Below the pieces are notes generated by a model. That model was not told the origin of the DNA. It saw only the letters and a program-made list of their open reading frames with translations, and did not search any database. The translations under genes and the position numbers were made by a program. From an uncultured Candidatus Saccharibacteria bacterium (GTDB lineage Bacteria > Patescibacteriota > Minisyncoccia > Phycocordibacterales > UBA9973): a stretch of DNA of 64,000 bases. Below, one piece after another: positions 53,101-63,273 of this stretch. Each line of letters opens with the position of its first letter. The stretch's first letter is position 1. The stretch is taken from assembly GCA_964554645.1 (NCBI GenBank), contig CAZKPK010000001.1, forward strand, positions 3,697 to 67,696, in the 5' to 3' direction.

Positions 53101-53791
53101 TCCCGCCTCTGGCGGGACAGGTGTAAAATCTGCTCACTCCCGCGATATTTCAGGATCCGGCGGGGAAAAAATAATCAAAGTGCTTTCAGATCTGGAAGAT
53201 AGTAAGGCGGGGGCTAAAAACGAAATAGAATATCTTGTTCCGTTTCACAGAATGCCTACCGTTAAAGCAGGTGATCACATAAAGAAAGGGGATCTCCTAA
53301 CTGACGGGTCAGCGGATATTGCTGAAATGTTTAAATTTGGCAACAAGGAATTAGTCGAAAATTATATAATTCGGGAAATAAACAAAGTTTATGAATTGCA
53401 AAGCGCTTCAATTTCCAGAAAGCATACGGAAATAATTATCCGCCAAATGTTTTCGCGCCGAAAAATAAAAGACGCGGGCGACACTAATTTTTCCATCGGC
53501 GATATTGTTGAGAATACCGCATTTATAGAAGAAAATCAGAGAGTTGCGCGCTTGGCGGTTAAACCGCCAAGCGCGCTTGGCGGTTTAACCGCCAAAGCAG
53601 AAACAGTGGTGCTTGGTATCACGGAAGTGTCGCTTCGCACTAAAAGTTGGCTCTCGGCGGCTTCGTTCCAAAACACCAATCGCGTTCTTATTGAAAACGC
53701 GGTCAAGGGCGGGGTAGATTCTTTGAGAGGGTTAAAAGAGAATGTTATAATCGGTAGGTTAATTCCGGCTGGAACTGGATTTAAAAAATAA
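50120..53791 (+). CDS. rpoC: DNA-directed RNA polymerase beta' subunit, with in-frame Family-C repeat near the C-terminus
   Basis: Zn-binding CxxC..CxxC, NADFDGD catalytic motif, trigger loop, C-terminal VIVGRLIPAGTG; residues RLAVKPPSALGGLTAKAE encoded by repeat 53547-53598. Confidence 0.97.
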   Translation: MKTLNTTEFNSIALRLASPEQIKEWSFGEVTKPETINYRTGRSERGGLFDEKIFGPEKDYECYCGKYRRIRYKDIICEKCGVEVTRSIVRRERMGHIELGTPVSHIWFLRGVPSRMSILLNISVTDLEKVIYFAGYIITKVHEDEKEAVIANLDKEYKSKLKNATDDDTREKLKNLLSITKKEIGEIYEGKVLNEISFHHYSLKYGTCFEANIGAEAIYSIFKNLDLDKLKTHTEKMIEKASVAEKEKLQKRLSLIRAMTYAGIRPEWMFLTVFPVIPPVLRPMVALDGGRHATSDLNDLYRRVINRNNRLKKLKEINAPDVILRNEKRIIQEAVDALIDNSIAKQNDSAAMSQSQKRPLKSLSDNLKSKQGLFRQNLLGKRVDYSGRSVIVVGPELKLNQCGLPKHMALELFRPFVISKILQAELAFNIRGANKLIEERGGEVWAMLEEVIAGKYVLLNRAPTLHRLGIQAFNPILIEGNAIQVHPLVCQAFNADFDGDQMAVYVPLLEEAQWEAKEFMASNKNLLKPQNGDPIVHPRMDMVLGSFWMTKSIEGEVGEGKYFSRPNTAVTAYDYGIISMRAKIKVLPMDKPKYKKFNGEIFETTVGRIIFNSILPDDFHYVNDEMTQDRLSSLLDELIMHSGVENIPHILDTIKAFGFKYSTISGTTWGLDNVSVSSEKPKIIAEGKKLEKEIISQWQEGLLSEEEKYQKVIEVWTHMKKNLEKVLPKTVDKHSSTYDIFTSKARGTMSSLMQMTGMIGLIQNNQGKTLEFPIIPCYQEGLSPIEYFVITHGARKGASDTALNTAKAGYLTRRLVDVAQDVVITEVDCGTKEGRIVTKENISGIEIPLSKNIRGRVLAGDLKNKNGKVVYKKGFLVTKEEAYNIEGAGFTEVFVRSPLTCRTVHGLCVMCYGLDLGRNRLVELGEAVGIIAAQAIGEPGTQLTLRTFHAGGVAGTDITTGLPRVEEIFERRIPKNPAIISETDGEVIEIKIKDPASGGTGVKSAHSRDISGSGGEKIIKVLSDLEDSKAGAKNEIEYLVPFHRMPTVKAGDHIKKGDLLTDGSADIAEMFKFGNKELVENYIIREINKVYELQSASISRKHTEIIIRQMFSRRKIKDAGDTNFSIGDIVENTAFIEENQRVARLAVKPPSALGGLTAKAETVVLGITEVSLRTKSWLSAASFQNTNRVLIENAVKGGVDSLRGLKENVIIGRLIPAGTGFKK
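53102..53118. repeat. GC-rich hairpin TCCCGCC-TCT-GGCGGGA inside rpoC
   Basis: perfect 7-3-7 palindrome in otherwise AT-rich coding sequence; a second related GGCGGGG at 53153-53163; similar CCCGCC...GGCGGGC pair in pheT at 29701-29759. Confidence 0.4.
53547..53598. repeat. Family-C palindromic repeat (GCGCGCTTGGCGGTTAAACCGCCAAGCGCGC plus TTGGCGGTTTAACCGCCAA) in-frame inside rpoC
   Basis: 31-nt perfect palindrome followed by second unit; same core as ligA copy. Confidence 0.85.
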
Positions 53792-53838
53792 GGTATTGTA
53801 TAATTATGGCGTTAGTATTTTTTTAGACTAATTAAATT

Positions 53839-55080
53839 ATGATGAAGATCAATAATTCTCTCGTTTTCTTTATTGTTTTAATCGCAGTTCTCATCAGTGG
53901 CGCGCTTTTGTTGAACAATGGCGCCAAAGAATTATCGGATGGTTTTTCGCCAAACTATAATCTCGCCAAACCGCCTAGTTCCTCTGAAAAAGAAGTGAAA
54001 GTGTCGGCTGAACACGACAGCGACAAAGGGCTCAATATCACTCGTTTGGACGACAACGTGAAATTTACCGATTACGCTTCGTGTCTGCATCCAGATTATC
54101 TAAAAACTTATACTACATACCCCGGCATTCTTTCTAAAAACAATGCGTGTGTTAATAAAAGAATGCAACACGATATTTTACTCCAAAAACTGACAACTGC
54201 AGAAGGAAGCGCTCGGTTGGCAAAAGATAAAGCCGATATGGTGCAAGAAACCCTGGATTATATCAACGCTCATGAAAATGATGATCAAGTTACCTCATTG
54301 ATGTTTTTTAAAGGAATTGAAGATACCGCTTATTACGAGAAAGCCAGTTTTTCACCGCAATGTTTGGTTCAAGGAGGAGAAAAAGATGGTCCAAAGTTCG
54401 CGGGAATGTTAAAGCCAAAAGGGGATTCGTCCAGCGCGTTTGTTGATTCTACTCCTGCCACCCAAGCAAGCAAGAAATCGCTTCTTCTTAATCTTGAAGC
54501 TTTTCAAAATGGGACGATGGGATTTCTGAAAAAGGCGGCATTTGGACTTGAATTTATTGGTGGTAATTTATTCGACCTTTATATTTTTGTGGAGCCTGAA
54601 GTGGCGAAAAAACATGTCTTAATGCCAGCAGGTCTGAAGACATATGCAAATTTTATAGAAGCAGGTGTGACATTTTCCTCATCGTTAAAATGTAAAAAAG
54701 CAGGCGAAGTTCTAGCTGTGACAACGCTTATTTGGTTTGACCCTGATTTTTCCATGAGTGTTGCCAAATCTTTTAAAGAAGAAAACTGTGTCAACAAGGC
54801 AGATAAGATAAAAAAAGCGAAAGATGATGCAATCTCAAAGCTGAAATATTTGCGAGATATTCAGGCAAAATACGAAAAACAAGCGGTTGCGTATGCTTTA
54901 TCTATGAAAAAGCTGGAAGGAAGCGATCTTGAATGTTTCAATTTGCCGTCCAGCGGAGAAATCGCGAATGATGATGAAGAAACCACACCGCCAGCCACAC
55001 CGCCAACCGCGCCAGCAAAACCATCTTCTTTTCCTTCTTATCAAAATCCTATCCAGTCCGACTATCCAGTTCTGTATTAA
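53839..55080 (+). CDS. hypothetical secreted/membrane-anchored protein with Pro/Thr-rich C-terminal tail
   Basis: N-terminal hydrophobic helix; TTPPATPPTAPAKP low-complexity tail. Confidence 0.45.
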   Translation: MMKINNSLVFFIVLIAVLISGALLLNNGAKELSDGFSPNYNLAKPPSSSEKEVKVSAEHDSDKGLNITRLDDNVKFTDYASCLHPDYLKTYTTYPGILSKNNACVNKRMQHDILLQKLTTAEGSARLAKDKADMVQETLDYINAHENDDQVTSLMFFKGIEDTAYYEKASFSPQCLVQGGEKDGPKFAGMLKPKGDSSSAFVDSTPATQASKKSLLLNLEAFQNGTMGFLKKAAFGLEFIGGNLFDLYIFVEPEVAKKHVLMPAGLKTYANFIEAGVTFSSSLKCKKAGEVLAVTTLIWFDPDFSMSVAKSFKEENCVNKADKIKKAKDDAISKLKYLRDIQAKYEKQAVAYALSMKKLEGSDLECFNLPSSGEIANDDEETTPPATPPTAPAKPSSFPSYQNPIQSDYPVLY

Positions 55081-55213
55081 ATTAACCATTTTACGAGATA
55101 TTAATATTTTACCTGATGAGTTTTGTAAATTACGGTGCTTTTCCTTAAACCATTGACATTGTCAATCAAAAGTATATACTTTAGATATTATTATTATAAT
55201 AATAAAAAACGCC

Positions 55214-55486
55214 ATGCAAACAATGTTAAGTGTAAAAATTGATAAGAGGTTGAAGGAAAAAGCCCATGAGGTGGCTCATGCTCTTGGGGTGTCTTTGAAC
55301 GCGGTTATCAATCAGAATATCAAGGAGTTTATAGATGTGCGACAAGTGACTTTTACTGACCATCCCATGCCAAACAAAAAAACTCAGAGACTTCTAGATC
55401 GTCTTCTGGCGGATTCGAAAGCAAATAGAAATTTTGTAGGGCCATTTAATACGGCCGAAGAAATGATTAAAAGTCTTAATTCCTAA
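55214..55486 (+). CDS. DinJ/RelB-family antitoxin
   Basis: MLSVKIDKRLKEKAHEVAHALGVSLNAVINQNIKEF RHH-type N-terminus. Confidence 0.7.
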   Translation: MQTMLSVKIDKRLKEKAHEVAHALGVSLNAVINQNIKEFIDVRQVTFTDHPMPNKKTQRLLDRLLADSKANRNFVGPFNTAEEMIKSLNS

Positions 55487-55495
55487 TATTATTAT

Positions 55496-55753
55496 ATGCA
55501 AGTTGATTTTCATAACCATTTTAGAAAACAGTACAAAAAATTGTCTATGAAAATAAAAGAAAAATTTAATGAGAGGTTAATTGTTTTCAAAAATAATCCA
55601 TTCACATCAGAATTGAACAACCATACTCTTCATGGGAAATATTCAGGATGTAGAAGTATAAATGTGACGGGAGACATTCGAGCGATATATGAAGTTAGAG
55701 AAAAAGGAGTTAGGTTTCTGGATATCGATACGCATAGCAATTTATATAAATAA
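55496..55753 (+). CDS. YafQ/RelE-family toxin
   Basis: HTLHGKYSGCRSINVTGDIRAIYEV..VRFLDIDTHSNLY pattern. Confidence 0.7.
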   Translation: MQVDFHNHFRKQYKKLSMKIKEKFNERLIVFKNNPFTSELNNHTLHGKYSGCRSINVTGDIRAIYEVREKGVRFLDIDTHSNLYK

Positions 55754-55761
55754 AACATATT

Positions 55762-57579
55762 ATGTCCTCATCAGTTGACCAAATTAAATCACGAATAGAC
55801 ATCCTCTCGCTTGTAAGCTCTTATATCAAGCTAGATAAGGCAGGAGCGAGTTGGAAAGCCAAATGTCCGTTTCATAATGAAAAAACACCCTCATTTTTTG
55901 TCTCGCCGGAACGGGGGAGTTATTATTGTTTTGGTTGCGAGGCTTCGGGAGACATTTTCACTTTTGTGGAAGAATTTGAAGGGTTGGATTTTAAGGGCGC
56001 TCTGAAACTTTTAGCAGATCGCGCAGGAGTGGTGCTTGAAGTTTACAGTCAGGAAAAGAAAGAAGTAGGTGAATTGATTTTTTTGGAGAAAGAAAAATTA
56101 TATCGAGTGATGGAAGAAACCACGAAGTTTTTTGAAAATAATTTTCCGCCCAAGGCGGATCAGCCTCGAGCTGAAAAGGAAATAAAAGAAGCATTAGAGT
56201 ATCTGAAATCGCGTGGTTTAACCGATAAAACTATCAAAGATTTTAGAATAGGTTATGCCATTCTTGATTGGCGAACACTTTATGATTACCTAAAGTCTAA
56301 GAATTTTTCTGATGAAGAAATAGAGCTTGCCGGATTGGCCAAGAAACCGGAAGACAAGACAAAAGCAATGTATGACCGCTTTCGCGGACGCATAATGTTC
56401 CCAATTTCCGATTCCAGTGGCCGGATTATTGCTTTTTCGGGAAGAATTCTGATTGATGATGGAAAATCGGCGAAGTATTTAAATAGTCCGGAAACCCCGA
56501 TATTTAATAAATCTTCCGTGCTTTTTGGCATAGATAAAGCAAAAGATTCCATCCGCAAAAATAACTTTTCCATTTTAGTTGAAGGGCAGATGGATTTAGT
56601 TTTATCGCATCAGGTCGGTTTTAAAAATACTGTTGCATCTTCTGGCACGGCGATGAATGATTCGATAATATCTAAAGAGAACATTATAAATAATTTAGGG
56701 CTTGTTTGCAGATTATCTAAAAATATCGTTCTGGCTTACGATGCTGACAAAGCGGGAGTGAATGCTTCCAATCGTTTTGCAAAAATCGCATTATCTTTAG
56801 GGATGGATGTGAAAGTGGCCAGTATGAGAGAGGGTGTCGATCCAGCCGATATTATCTCCAAAGAGGGTAAAGATGCGTGGCATCAAGCAATCCGAGATTC
56901 AAAACATTTTATTCCATTTATGCTAGAGCGAATCTTGAAAGATGCATCTGGTGATGGAAGAAAAGTGGGCAGAGGAATTCAAGAACGTCTTTTGCCTTTT
57001 CTGAAGGATTTAGACAGCGCGATGGAAAAATCCCATTTTATCAAACTTATTAGCGATAAATCCGGCATAGCTGAAAAAGCTCTAATGGAGGATTTGCAGA
57101 AAGTAGAGTCAGAATTGAAATATGAAACAGAAGAAATCAAAATCGCGAAAGAAAATGTGGACAAAAAATTGAGAAAAGATCCGATTGAACGCAGACTGCT
57201 GGGAATAGCTTTTTGGCAGGAAAGTGTTAAAAGTAAGATCGTAGATCCAGAAATCATTTTTGCGAAACTAGGTAAAGTGAAGGAATATTATAAAGACAAA
57301 AAAGAAGATTTAATTTTCGAAGCGGAAGCTTTTTATTCCAATAGCGAAAACTTACAAAAAGATGTGCGAGAGATGCTACTTTCGATTGAAGAAGAATATC
57401 TTAATGAGGAGCTTGTTAAGAAAATGATAGAACTTAAAAATCTGAAAGATGAAAAGGCTAAATCCAATGTAATTGGATCGCCCGACACTTCAGCAAAAGT
57501 GTTTAGGGACGAAGCAGAAATTTTAAAAAGAATAAATGAAATAAATAAGAGGAAAGAAGAAATTAAAAATAGTCGCTAA
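55762..57579 (+). CDS. dnaG: DNA primase
   Basis: CHC2 zinc finger ([30 protein letters not shown]), TOPRIM ([10 protein letters not shown]), DnaG core. Confidence 0.9.
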   Translation: MSSSVDQIKSRIDILSLVSSYIKLDKAGASWKAKCPFHNEKTPSFFVSPERGSYYCFGCEASGDIFTFVEEFEGLDFKGALKLLADRAGVVLEVYSQEKKEVGELIFLEKEKLYRVMEETTKFFENNFPPKADQPRAEKEIKEALEYLKSRGLTDKTIKDFRIGYAILDWRTLYDYLKSKNFSDEEIELAGLAKKPEDKTKAMYDRFRGRIMFPISDSSGRIIAFSGRILIDDGKSAKYLNSPETPIFNKSSVLFGIDKAKDSIRKNNFSILVEGQMDLVLSHQVGFKNTVASSGTAMNDSIISKENIINNLGLVCRLSKNIVLAYDADKAGVNASNRFAKIALSLGMDVKVASMREGVDPADIISKEGKDAWHQAIRDSKHFIPFMLERILKDASGDGRKVGRGIQERLLPFLKDLDSAMEKSHFIKLISDKSGIAEKALMEDLQKVESELKYETEEIKIAKENVDKKLRKDPIERRLLGIAFWQESVKSKIVDPEIIFAKLGKVKEYYKDKKEDLIFEAEAFYSNSENLQKDVREMLLSIEEEYLNEELVKKMIELKNLKDEKAKSNVIGSPDTSAKVFRDEAEILKRINEINKRKEEIKNSR

Positions 57580-57583
57580 AAAA

Positions 57584-58762
57584 ATGAAAAAAAAGAAAAT
57601 AAAAAAAGTAAATAAGAAGAAAACTATCAAGAAAATAAAAAAGTCCCGACCGAAAGCGTCGGGAAAAAAAGTTGCGAAATTATCTTCTCTAGAAAAAAAA
57701 GCGGAAAATTTGACTCGTATTTCAGATGAGCTTATAGAAAAAGGGCGCAAAAGGGGATTTATTACTTATGATGAAATATTAAAAACTTTTCCTGATGTTG
57801 AAAATAATATTTTATTTCTCGACGAGCTTTATGAGAAATTTGCGATTGCCGGCATTGATGTGTTGGAGGGGGGGAATTTACTCAATCTTAATGTGGATTT
57901 AGCCGATAAAGATTTGGGAAAGTCTGGTATGTATGATTCGATCCAAATGTATCTGAAGGAAATAGGCCAATATCCGCTGATTCACGCGAGTGACGAAAAA
58001 GAACTTGCCAAACGCATTGAACATGGCGATGAAGAAGCAAAAAATCTGCTGGCTCGCGCAAACTTGCGTCTGGTGGTTTCCATTGCCAAAAAATATGTCG
58101 GAAGATCTGCCAATTTAACTCTTCTTGATCTGATTCAGGAAGGCAATTTAGGCCTATTCAAGGCAGTGGAAAAATTTGATTGGACTAAAGGATACAAATT
58201 TTCCACTTACGCGACTTGGTGGATTCGCCAGTCTATTACTCGCGCGTTGGCGGATCAATCCCGCACCATCCGCATACCGGTTCATATGGTGGAAACAATT
58301 TCCAAATATAAGCAAACGCACCGTCGGCTTTCTCAGGATTTGGGCCGGGAACCATTAGCCGAAGAAATTGCCACCGAAATGGGTATTCCAGTGGAAAAAA
58401 TTCACATAATTGAAAATATTAGCCAAGAAACTGTCTCTTTAGAACAGCCAGTCGGGGATGATGACGACAAATCAACTCTCGAAAATTTTATTCCGGATGA
58501 TAAAATCTTGCGCCCAGATCAAGAATCTTCACGCCGGATTCTTTCCGACCAAATTCGCGAAGTTTTAAGTGAACTCAATCCCAAAGAGCGTAAAATACTT
58601 GAAATGCGTTACGGACTTCTTGACGGCATCCAACACACTCTTGAACGGGTAGGAGAAGAATTTGGCGTGACGCGCGAGCGTATCCGCCAAATTGAAGCGA
58701 AAGTTCACGAAAAACTTCGCCAGCATGACAAAATTGCGAGGTTGAAAAACTATTTTGACTAG
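57584..58762 (+). CDS. rpoD: RNA polymerase primary sigma factor (sigma70)
   Basis: regions 1.2, 2 ([13 protein letters not shown]), 3 and 4.2 ([11 protein letters not shown]); directly downstream of dnaG as in the conserved MMS operon. Confidence 0.95.
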   Translation: MKKKKIKKVNKKKTIKKIKKSRPKASGKKVAKLSSLEKKAENLTRISDELIEKGRKRGFITYDEILKTFPDVENNILFLDELYEKFAIAGIDVLEGGNLLNLNVDLADKDLGKSGMYDSIQMYLKEIGQYPLIHASDEKELAKRIEHGDEEAKNLLARANLRLVVSIAKKYVGRSANLTLLDLIQEGNLGLFKAVEKFDWTKGYKFSTYATWWIRQSITRALADQSRTIRIPVHMVETISKYKQTHRRLSQDLGREPLAEEIATEMGIPVEKIHIIENISQETVSLEQPVGDDDDKSTLENFIPDDKILRPDQESSRRILSDQIREVLSELNPKERKILEMRYGLLDGIQHTLERVGEEFGVTRERIRQIEAKVHEKLRQHDKIARLKNYFD

Positions 58763-58788
58763 TTAAACTAGATAACAAAATCATTCAA

Positions 58789-59316
58789 ATGATAAAACTT
58801 ATTTTAATAGTTGGATTAATTGTAAATTATGTACCTAAATTTAGACTTAGTGTTTTTAAACAATTAAAATCTTTAAGAAAGATTTCGTTGATACTTTTTG
58901 AAATCATAATACCTTTGGTAGCCATAATTCAATTATATTTATTAAATCCAAAAAATAATTTCATTACATATATGGGAATTATAATTTTTTCTATTGGAAT
59001 TGTATTAGGAACAATCGCTCGTTTACAGCTACGAGAAAATTATCTACCCATCTTAGCCACAAGTCCTTCAAGCAGAATTATTACTAACGGTATTTATGCA
59101 TATATCAGACATCCGATTTACTTTGGTACGATATTAACTATCATGGGTTTTGAATTAGTTCTCTTTCCTTTTCTGTCTTTAATGATTTTAATCATAATTC
59201 CAATACTTGTTTGGCAAATTAACAAAGAAGAAAAGCTTCTTTTTAAACATCTCAAAAAAGAATGGGAAATATATATTTTAAGAACTCCTTTTAAATTAAT
59301 ACCTTTTGTATATTAA
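58789..59316 (+). CDS. isoprenylcysteine carboxyl methyltransferase (ICMT/PEMT) family membrane methyltransferase
   Basis: NGIYAYIRHPIYFG...E.EE..L motif block. Confidence 0.7.
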   Translation: MIKLILIVGLIVNYVPKFRLSVFKQLKSLRKISLILFEIIIPLVAIIQLYLLNPKNNFITYMGIIIFSIGIVLGTIARLQLRENYLPILATSPSSRIITNGIYAYIRHPIYFGTILTIMGFELVLFPFLSLMILIIIPILVWQINKEEKLLFKHLKKEWEIYILRTPFKLIPFVY

Positions 59317-59542
59317 CAACCAAAACAACAGCTAGATTTTACTTAGCCAAAAGGTTAAATTTTTTTACAGCTTAAAATAAATTTTTAAGACCCTTTTTTA
59401 CTTTACTTAAATTTTTAGCATCCAATTTTTTTTATGTCTATTTGTTTATGCTTGATATCTTTAACCGAATAAATTTCCGGTTCATCAGCTAAAAAATCAA
59501 AACTCTTTGAATATGCGTTTATATTCGTTATTAATGAAAAGA

Positions 59543-59587
59543 CGCGTTAAAATTCCCCTCTTGAGGGGTGGCTCGGTAATCCGAGAC
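59543..59587. repeat. Family-A palindromic repeat, inverted orientation
   Basis: TTCCCCTCTTGAGGGGTG-GCTCGGTAATCCGAGAC-GGGGTGGAT. Confidence 0.85.
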
Positions 59588-59601
59588 GGGGTGGATGTAT
59601 T

Positions 59602-60330
59602 TTATTTCAACGCATTATCAATTTTTGGTTTTACCATTGTCCAAGATTCAGCGCCGTCGATGGTGGCGACAATTTTGCCGTTTTTCAAAATAAATCCTTT
59701 CGGGGTGCCTGTGACCCCCGCAGTCGTTCCTTCTTTTTTAGAATCAGCCACGGCTTGCGCGTATTTACTTTGATCTAAACACTGGTCAAACTGAACAACA
59801 TTTAATCCCAAATTTTTGGCAAAATATTTTAAATTCGGATCAGAAAAATTTCCCTTGTTTTCTCCATTTTGGTGAGTATAGAGATAATCATGATATTCCC
59901 AGAATTTACCCTGATCTCCAGCGCATCTCGCAGCCTCGGCTGATCTTACGGATTCCGGTCCCAAAAACGCGAAGTCTCGATACACAAATTGCACATTCCC
60001 GTTTTTTACATAATCATTAATACCAATCATAAACGGAGTCCAGCTTGGATCGATTTGTTTTAAGTATTTAATAACATCTGTATCAGACACTAAACCGGAA
60101 ACTGCTCCACAGAAAGGGCATTGAAAATCTTCATATAAAATAAGCGCAACCTTCGCATTTGAATTTCCAAGCACTCGATCTTCTTTTTCAACTGGGGCTA
60201 AAGATGTTATAGAAACCCCATTATCTACCGGATTCTGCGCCCCGCTGTCTTTTAGCAGAATCGCTCCGGCTATAATGATTCCGGCTACAATTATTGCTCC
60301 GGCTATTTGTTTTTGGTTGTCATTTTGCAT
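59602..60330 (-). CDS. DsbA-family thiol:disulfide oxidoreductase, membrane-anchored
   Basis: N-terminal TM helix; CPFC active site (FQCPFCG); thioredoxin fold with cis-Pro region (GTPKGFILKNGK). Confidence 0.75.
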   Translation of the reverse strand: MQNDNQKQIAGAIIVAGIIIAGAILLKDSGAQNPVDNGVSITSLAPVEKEDRVLGNSNAKVALILYEDFQCPFCGAVSGLVSDTDVIKYLKQIDPSWTPFMIGINDYVKNGNVQFVYRDFAFLGPESVRSAEAARCAGDQGKFWEYHDYLYTHQNGENKGNFSDPNLKYFAKNLGLNVVQFDQCLDQSKYAQAVADSKKEGTTAGVTGTPKGFILKNGKIVATIDGAESWTMVKPKIDNALK

Positions 60331-60434
60331 TTGCGCATTATAGCATTGTTTTTAAAAATGTGCTATATTAAGGACATTAAAATTATTGTCTGATAGTCGT
60401 TCGGACAAATTATTTATTATTAATTTTAAAATGT

Positions 60435-60728
60435 ATGTGTAATTCAATAAATGGTTGTTGCAAGGGTGGCTGCACTTCATCTTTGATTGGTAAAATCTTG
60501 CTAATCGTTGGAGGCGTCAACTGGGGTCTGGTTGGTGTTGGAATGTTGCTAGGTAGCAATTGGAATGTCATTAACCTGATTTTAGGATCCATTCCAACTC
60601 TTGAGGCTGTAGTTTACTTATTGGTAGGTATCGCAGCTGTCATGAATATTTTTGGCTGCAAATGCAAGAAATGCGTGGAGGCATGCGCTTCATGTGGCTC
60701 TGGCAATAAATCAGAAGGAGCTATGTAG
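60435..60728 (+). CDS. DUF378-family small membrane protein with Cys-rich C-terminal extension
   Basis: IGKILLIVGGVNWGLVG...IPTLEAVVYLLVGIAAV matches the DUF378 two-helix core; unusual tail GCKCKKCVEACASCG. Confidence 0.55.
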   Translation: MCNSINGCCKGGCTSSLIGKILLIVGGVNWGLVGVGMLLGSNWNVINLILGSIPTLEAVVYLLVGIAAVMNIFGCKCKKCVEACASCGSGNKSEGAM

Positions 60729-60825
60729 TTCATTTTTTCTATTGAATTTTTTTTCAAAAAAGTCCCTATTTTAGGGGCTTTTTCGTTGCCTAAGGGCTTA
60801 TTTTAATGTATATTTAAATTCTCGC

Positions 60826-62364
60826 ATGAATTTTAAAAATAGCATATATTATCAAGTGGGCAGGGCAAGCGATCTTGCTGACGCAGACCGTTTTATATAT
60901 AGAATTTTAGAAATAATTCCTGGTTTTTTAGCATGGTTTACCATCATCGGTGTTTTTCTGTTATCTTTTTACGCGCCATTTTATTCCGCTATTTTTATTA
61001 TTGTTTTTGATATTTATTGGATTCTAAAAACAATTTACCTTTCTATCTTTCTAAGGCAAAATTGGAAAAAAACAAAATATAATTTGTCTATAAATTGGAA
61101 ACAAAAACTTTCTAATTTGAAATATAATAGGGTGTATCATTTAATCTTGTTGCCTTTTTATAATGAATCATATGAAATCATCCAAAAAAGTATCACTTCG
61201 CTTGTTTTGTCCGAATACGATAAGAAAAAATTCATTGTCATTATTGCGGGTGAGGAAAGGAATAGGGCACATTACGAAAATACAAAACAAAAAATAGAAA
61301 AAGAATTTCCTAATATTTTTGGTAATATACTGTTTACCATGCATCCGAGCAATGTTCCGGGTGAAATGCCAGGCAAGGGATCCAATATTTCATATGCGAT
61401 AGATATGGCTCGAGTGAAGATTCTAGATACACTGAAAATAAAATATGAGGATGTGCTGGTTTCCGCTTTTGATATTGATACTGTCATATATCCGCAATAT
61501 TTTGAATGCTTGACTTGGTATTTTTTGACCACAGAGGATCCATTAAAATCTTCTTTCCAACCTATTCCAGTTTTTAATAATAATATATGGGAATCTCCAG
61601 CTTTTTCCCGAGTAGTGGCTTTTTCTGCTACATTTTGGCAGATGATTCAACAAGAAAGACCGAAAAGATTGACCACCTTTTCTTCTCACTCAGTATGTTT
61701 TAAAACATTATATGATGCTGGTTATTGGCAAAAAAATGTGGTTTCGGAGGATTCTAGAATATTTTGGAATTTACTTTTGGCGCATGATGGAGATCACAAA
61801 GTAGTTCCTCTGTGTTATCCAATATCTATGGATGCAAATTTAGCCCATAACTTTTGGCATACTACTAAAAATGTTTACAAACAACAAAGGAGATGGGCTT
61901 GGGGCGTGGAAAATGGTCCGTATGTTTGGTTTGGTTTTTTAAAGAATAGAAATATTTCAATAATTAAAAAGATTAGATTCACTTTTATTTTATTAGAAGG
62001 CTATTGGTCTTTGTCAACTAATCCCTTGATACTTTTTTTTCTTGGATGGCTTCCAGTTATTTTAGGCGGAAGAGTTTTTAATAGCACTATTCTTTCATAT
62101 AATCTGCCTTTATTTACCAAAGTTCTTATGACTATATCAATGAGTGGTTTATTTTTATGTGTCCTGATTTCTATGAGTTTTCTTCCAAAACCTCCCCAAG
62201 GGTATGGTAGACTTAATAAATTATCAATGATTGTCCAATGGATTATGATACCTGTTACGATTATATTATTTGGCGCACTGCCCGGATTGGATGCTCAAAC
62301 AAGGCTTTTGCTGGGTAAGTATATGGGTTTTTGGGTTACGCCGAAATATAGAAAGATAAAATGA
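60826..62364 (+). CDS. membrane-embedded family-2 glycosyltransferase, processive synthase type (QxxRW)
   Basis: GT-A fold motifs (LLPFYNES, DIDTVIYP) plus QQRRW motif and flanking TM helices, as in cellulose/chitin/hyaluronan-synthase-like enzymes. Confidence 0.7.
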   Translation: MNFKNSIYYQVGRASDLADADRFIYRILEIIPGFLAWFTIIGVFLLSFYAPFYSAIFIIVFDIYWILKTIYLSIFLRQNWKKTKYNLSINWKQKLSNLKYNRVYHLILLPFYNESYEIIQKSITSLVLSEYDKKKFIVIIAGEERNRAHYENTKQKIEKEFPNIFGNILFTMHPSNVPGEMPGKGSNISYAIDMARVKILDTLKIKYEDVLVSAFDIDTVIYPQYFECLTWYFLTTEDPLKSSFQPIPVFNNNIWESPAFSRVVAFSATFWQMIQQERPKRLTTFSSHSVCFKTLYDAGYWQKNVVSEDSRIFWNLLLAHDGDHKVVPLCYPISMDANLAHNFWHTTKNVYKQQRRWAWGVENGPYVWFGFLKNRNISIIKKIRFTFILLEGYWSLSTNPLILFFLGWLPVILGGRVFNSTILSYNLPLFTKVLMTISMSGLFLCVLISMSFLPKPPQGYGRLNKLSMIVQWIMIPVTIILFGALPGLDAQTRLLLGKYMGFWVTPKYRKIK

Positions 62365-63257
62365 TTATGATTAAAAAATACACCAAATTAGCTATATTTT
62401 GTCTCGCTTTTATTGTCATTTCTCCGATTATTGTTTTATATGCCAAAGGAGATATTTTTACCAGTGGTTGGAATATATTAAAAACCGGAGGAATATATAT
62501 AACTAGTGCTCCTATTGGGTCTGAAATTTTTATCAATTCCCAACTAAAAGGTTTAACCAGTTTTTTCTCTAGGAATGTTCTGATTAAAAGCTTGAGACCG
62601 AATACTTATGAGGTGTTGGTAAAAAAGGAAGGCTATAACGCTTGGACCAATAAAATAAAAGTTTCTGATAATTTTGTTTCTGATGCTAATGTTTTTATGT
62701 TGCCGACCGAGATTAAGTTAGAGGAAATAAAAAAATTTGATCTTACTCAAAAAGATAGTGAAAAAATAACTATACCCGCGTCAGTTAAAAATAAAGAGTA
62801 TGAAGATGTCAATCTGGTTTTTTCCAGTCCATCAGTTTTGACACAAAAAACTTCAGCAAACACTACTCCTAAAATTGATTTTAAGGGCAATTTAGGAACA
62901 AAAAATTCGCCGATTATGGATGGCAAACTGGGTGTGTGGCGAGAGGGTGGTGAAGTGTTTGTGGCTTGGTTTGGCAGAAACGATACGGCGCCGAAATATC
63001 TCTGCCGAGAGTCCGATTGCATGCAGACGATAAGCGTATTTAATTTCGGAAAGCCAGTGCGTAACATTAATTTTTTTCCGGAATATGATGGTGTTATAAT
63101 TGTTGCTCTAGAAAATAAAATAGAAGCTTTTCAGGCAGATCCGCATATTACGAAATTATTCCAAAAAATATATGTTGGCCAAAGTCCTGATTTCAGGATT
63201 ATTGATGAAGTTTTGTATATAAAAGATAGAGATTTTATCGCGAAGGTGACTTTATAA
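62361..63257 (+). CDS. PEGA-domain protein with N-terminal TM anchor
   Basis: ITSAPIGSEIFINSQLKGLT...NTYEVLVKKEGYNAW matches PEGA repeat; start overlaps GT2 stop by 4 nt. Confidence 0.55.
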   Translation: MIMIKKYTKLAIFCLAFIVISPIIVLYAKGDIFTSGWNILKTGGIYITSAPIGSEIFINSQLKGLTSFFSRNVLIKSLRPNTYEVLVKKEGYNAWTNKIKVSDNFVSDANVFMLPTEIKLEEIKKFDLTQKDSEKITIPASVKNKEYEDVNLVFSSPSVLTQKTSANTTPKIDFKGNLGTKNSPIMDGKLGVWREGGEVFVAWFGRNDTAPKYLCRESDCMQTISVFNFGKPVRNINFFPEYDGVIIVALENKIEAFQADPHITKLFQKIYVGQSPDFRIIDEVLYIKDRDFIAKVTL

Positions 63258-63273
63258 ATTATGAATAATTAAA

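Noticed and set aside
47700-53137. Minus-strand ORFs inside rpoB and rpoC (e.g. 47889..48233, 49013..49438, 50195..50545, 51773..52066, 52880..53137)
   Set aside because: They are antisense shadow ORFs within universally conserved RNA polymerase genes.
59507-59773. ORF 59507..59773 (+), 88 aa
   Set aside because: It spans repeat A6 (..PLLRGGSVIRDGVD..) and runs antisense into the DsbA gene, so it is a repeat-generated spurious ORF.
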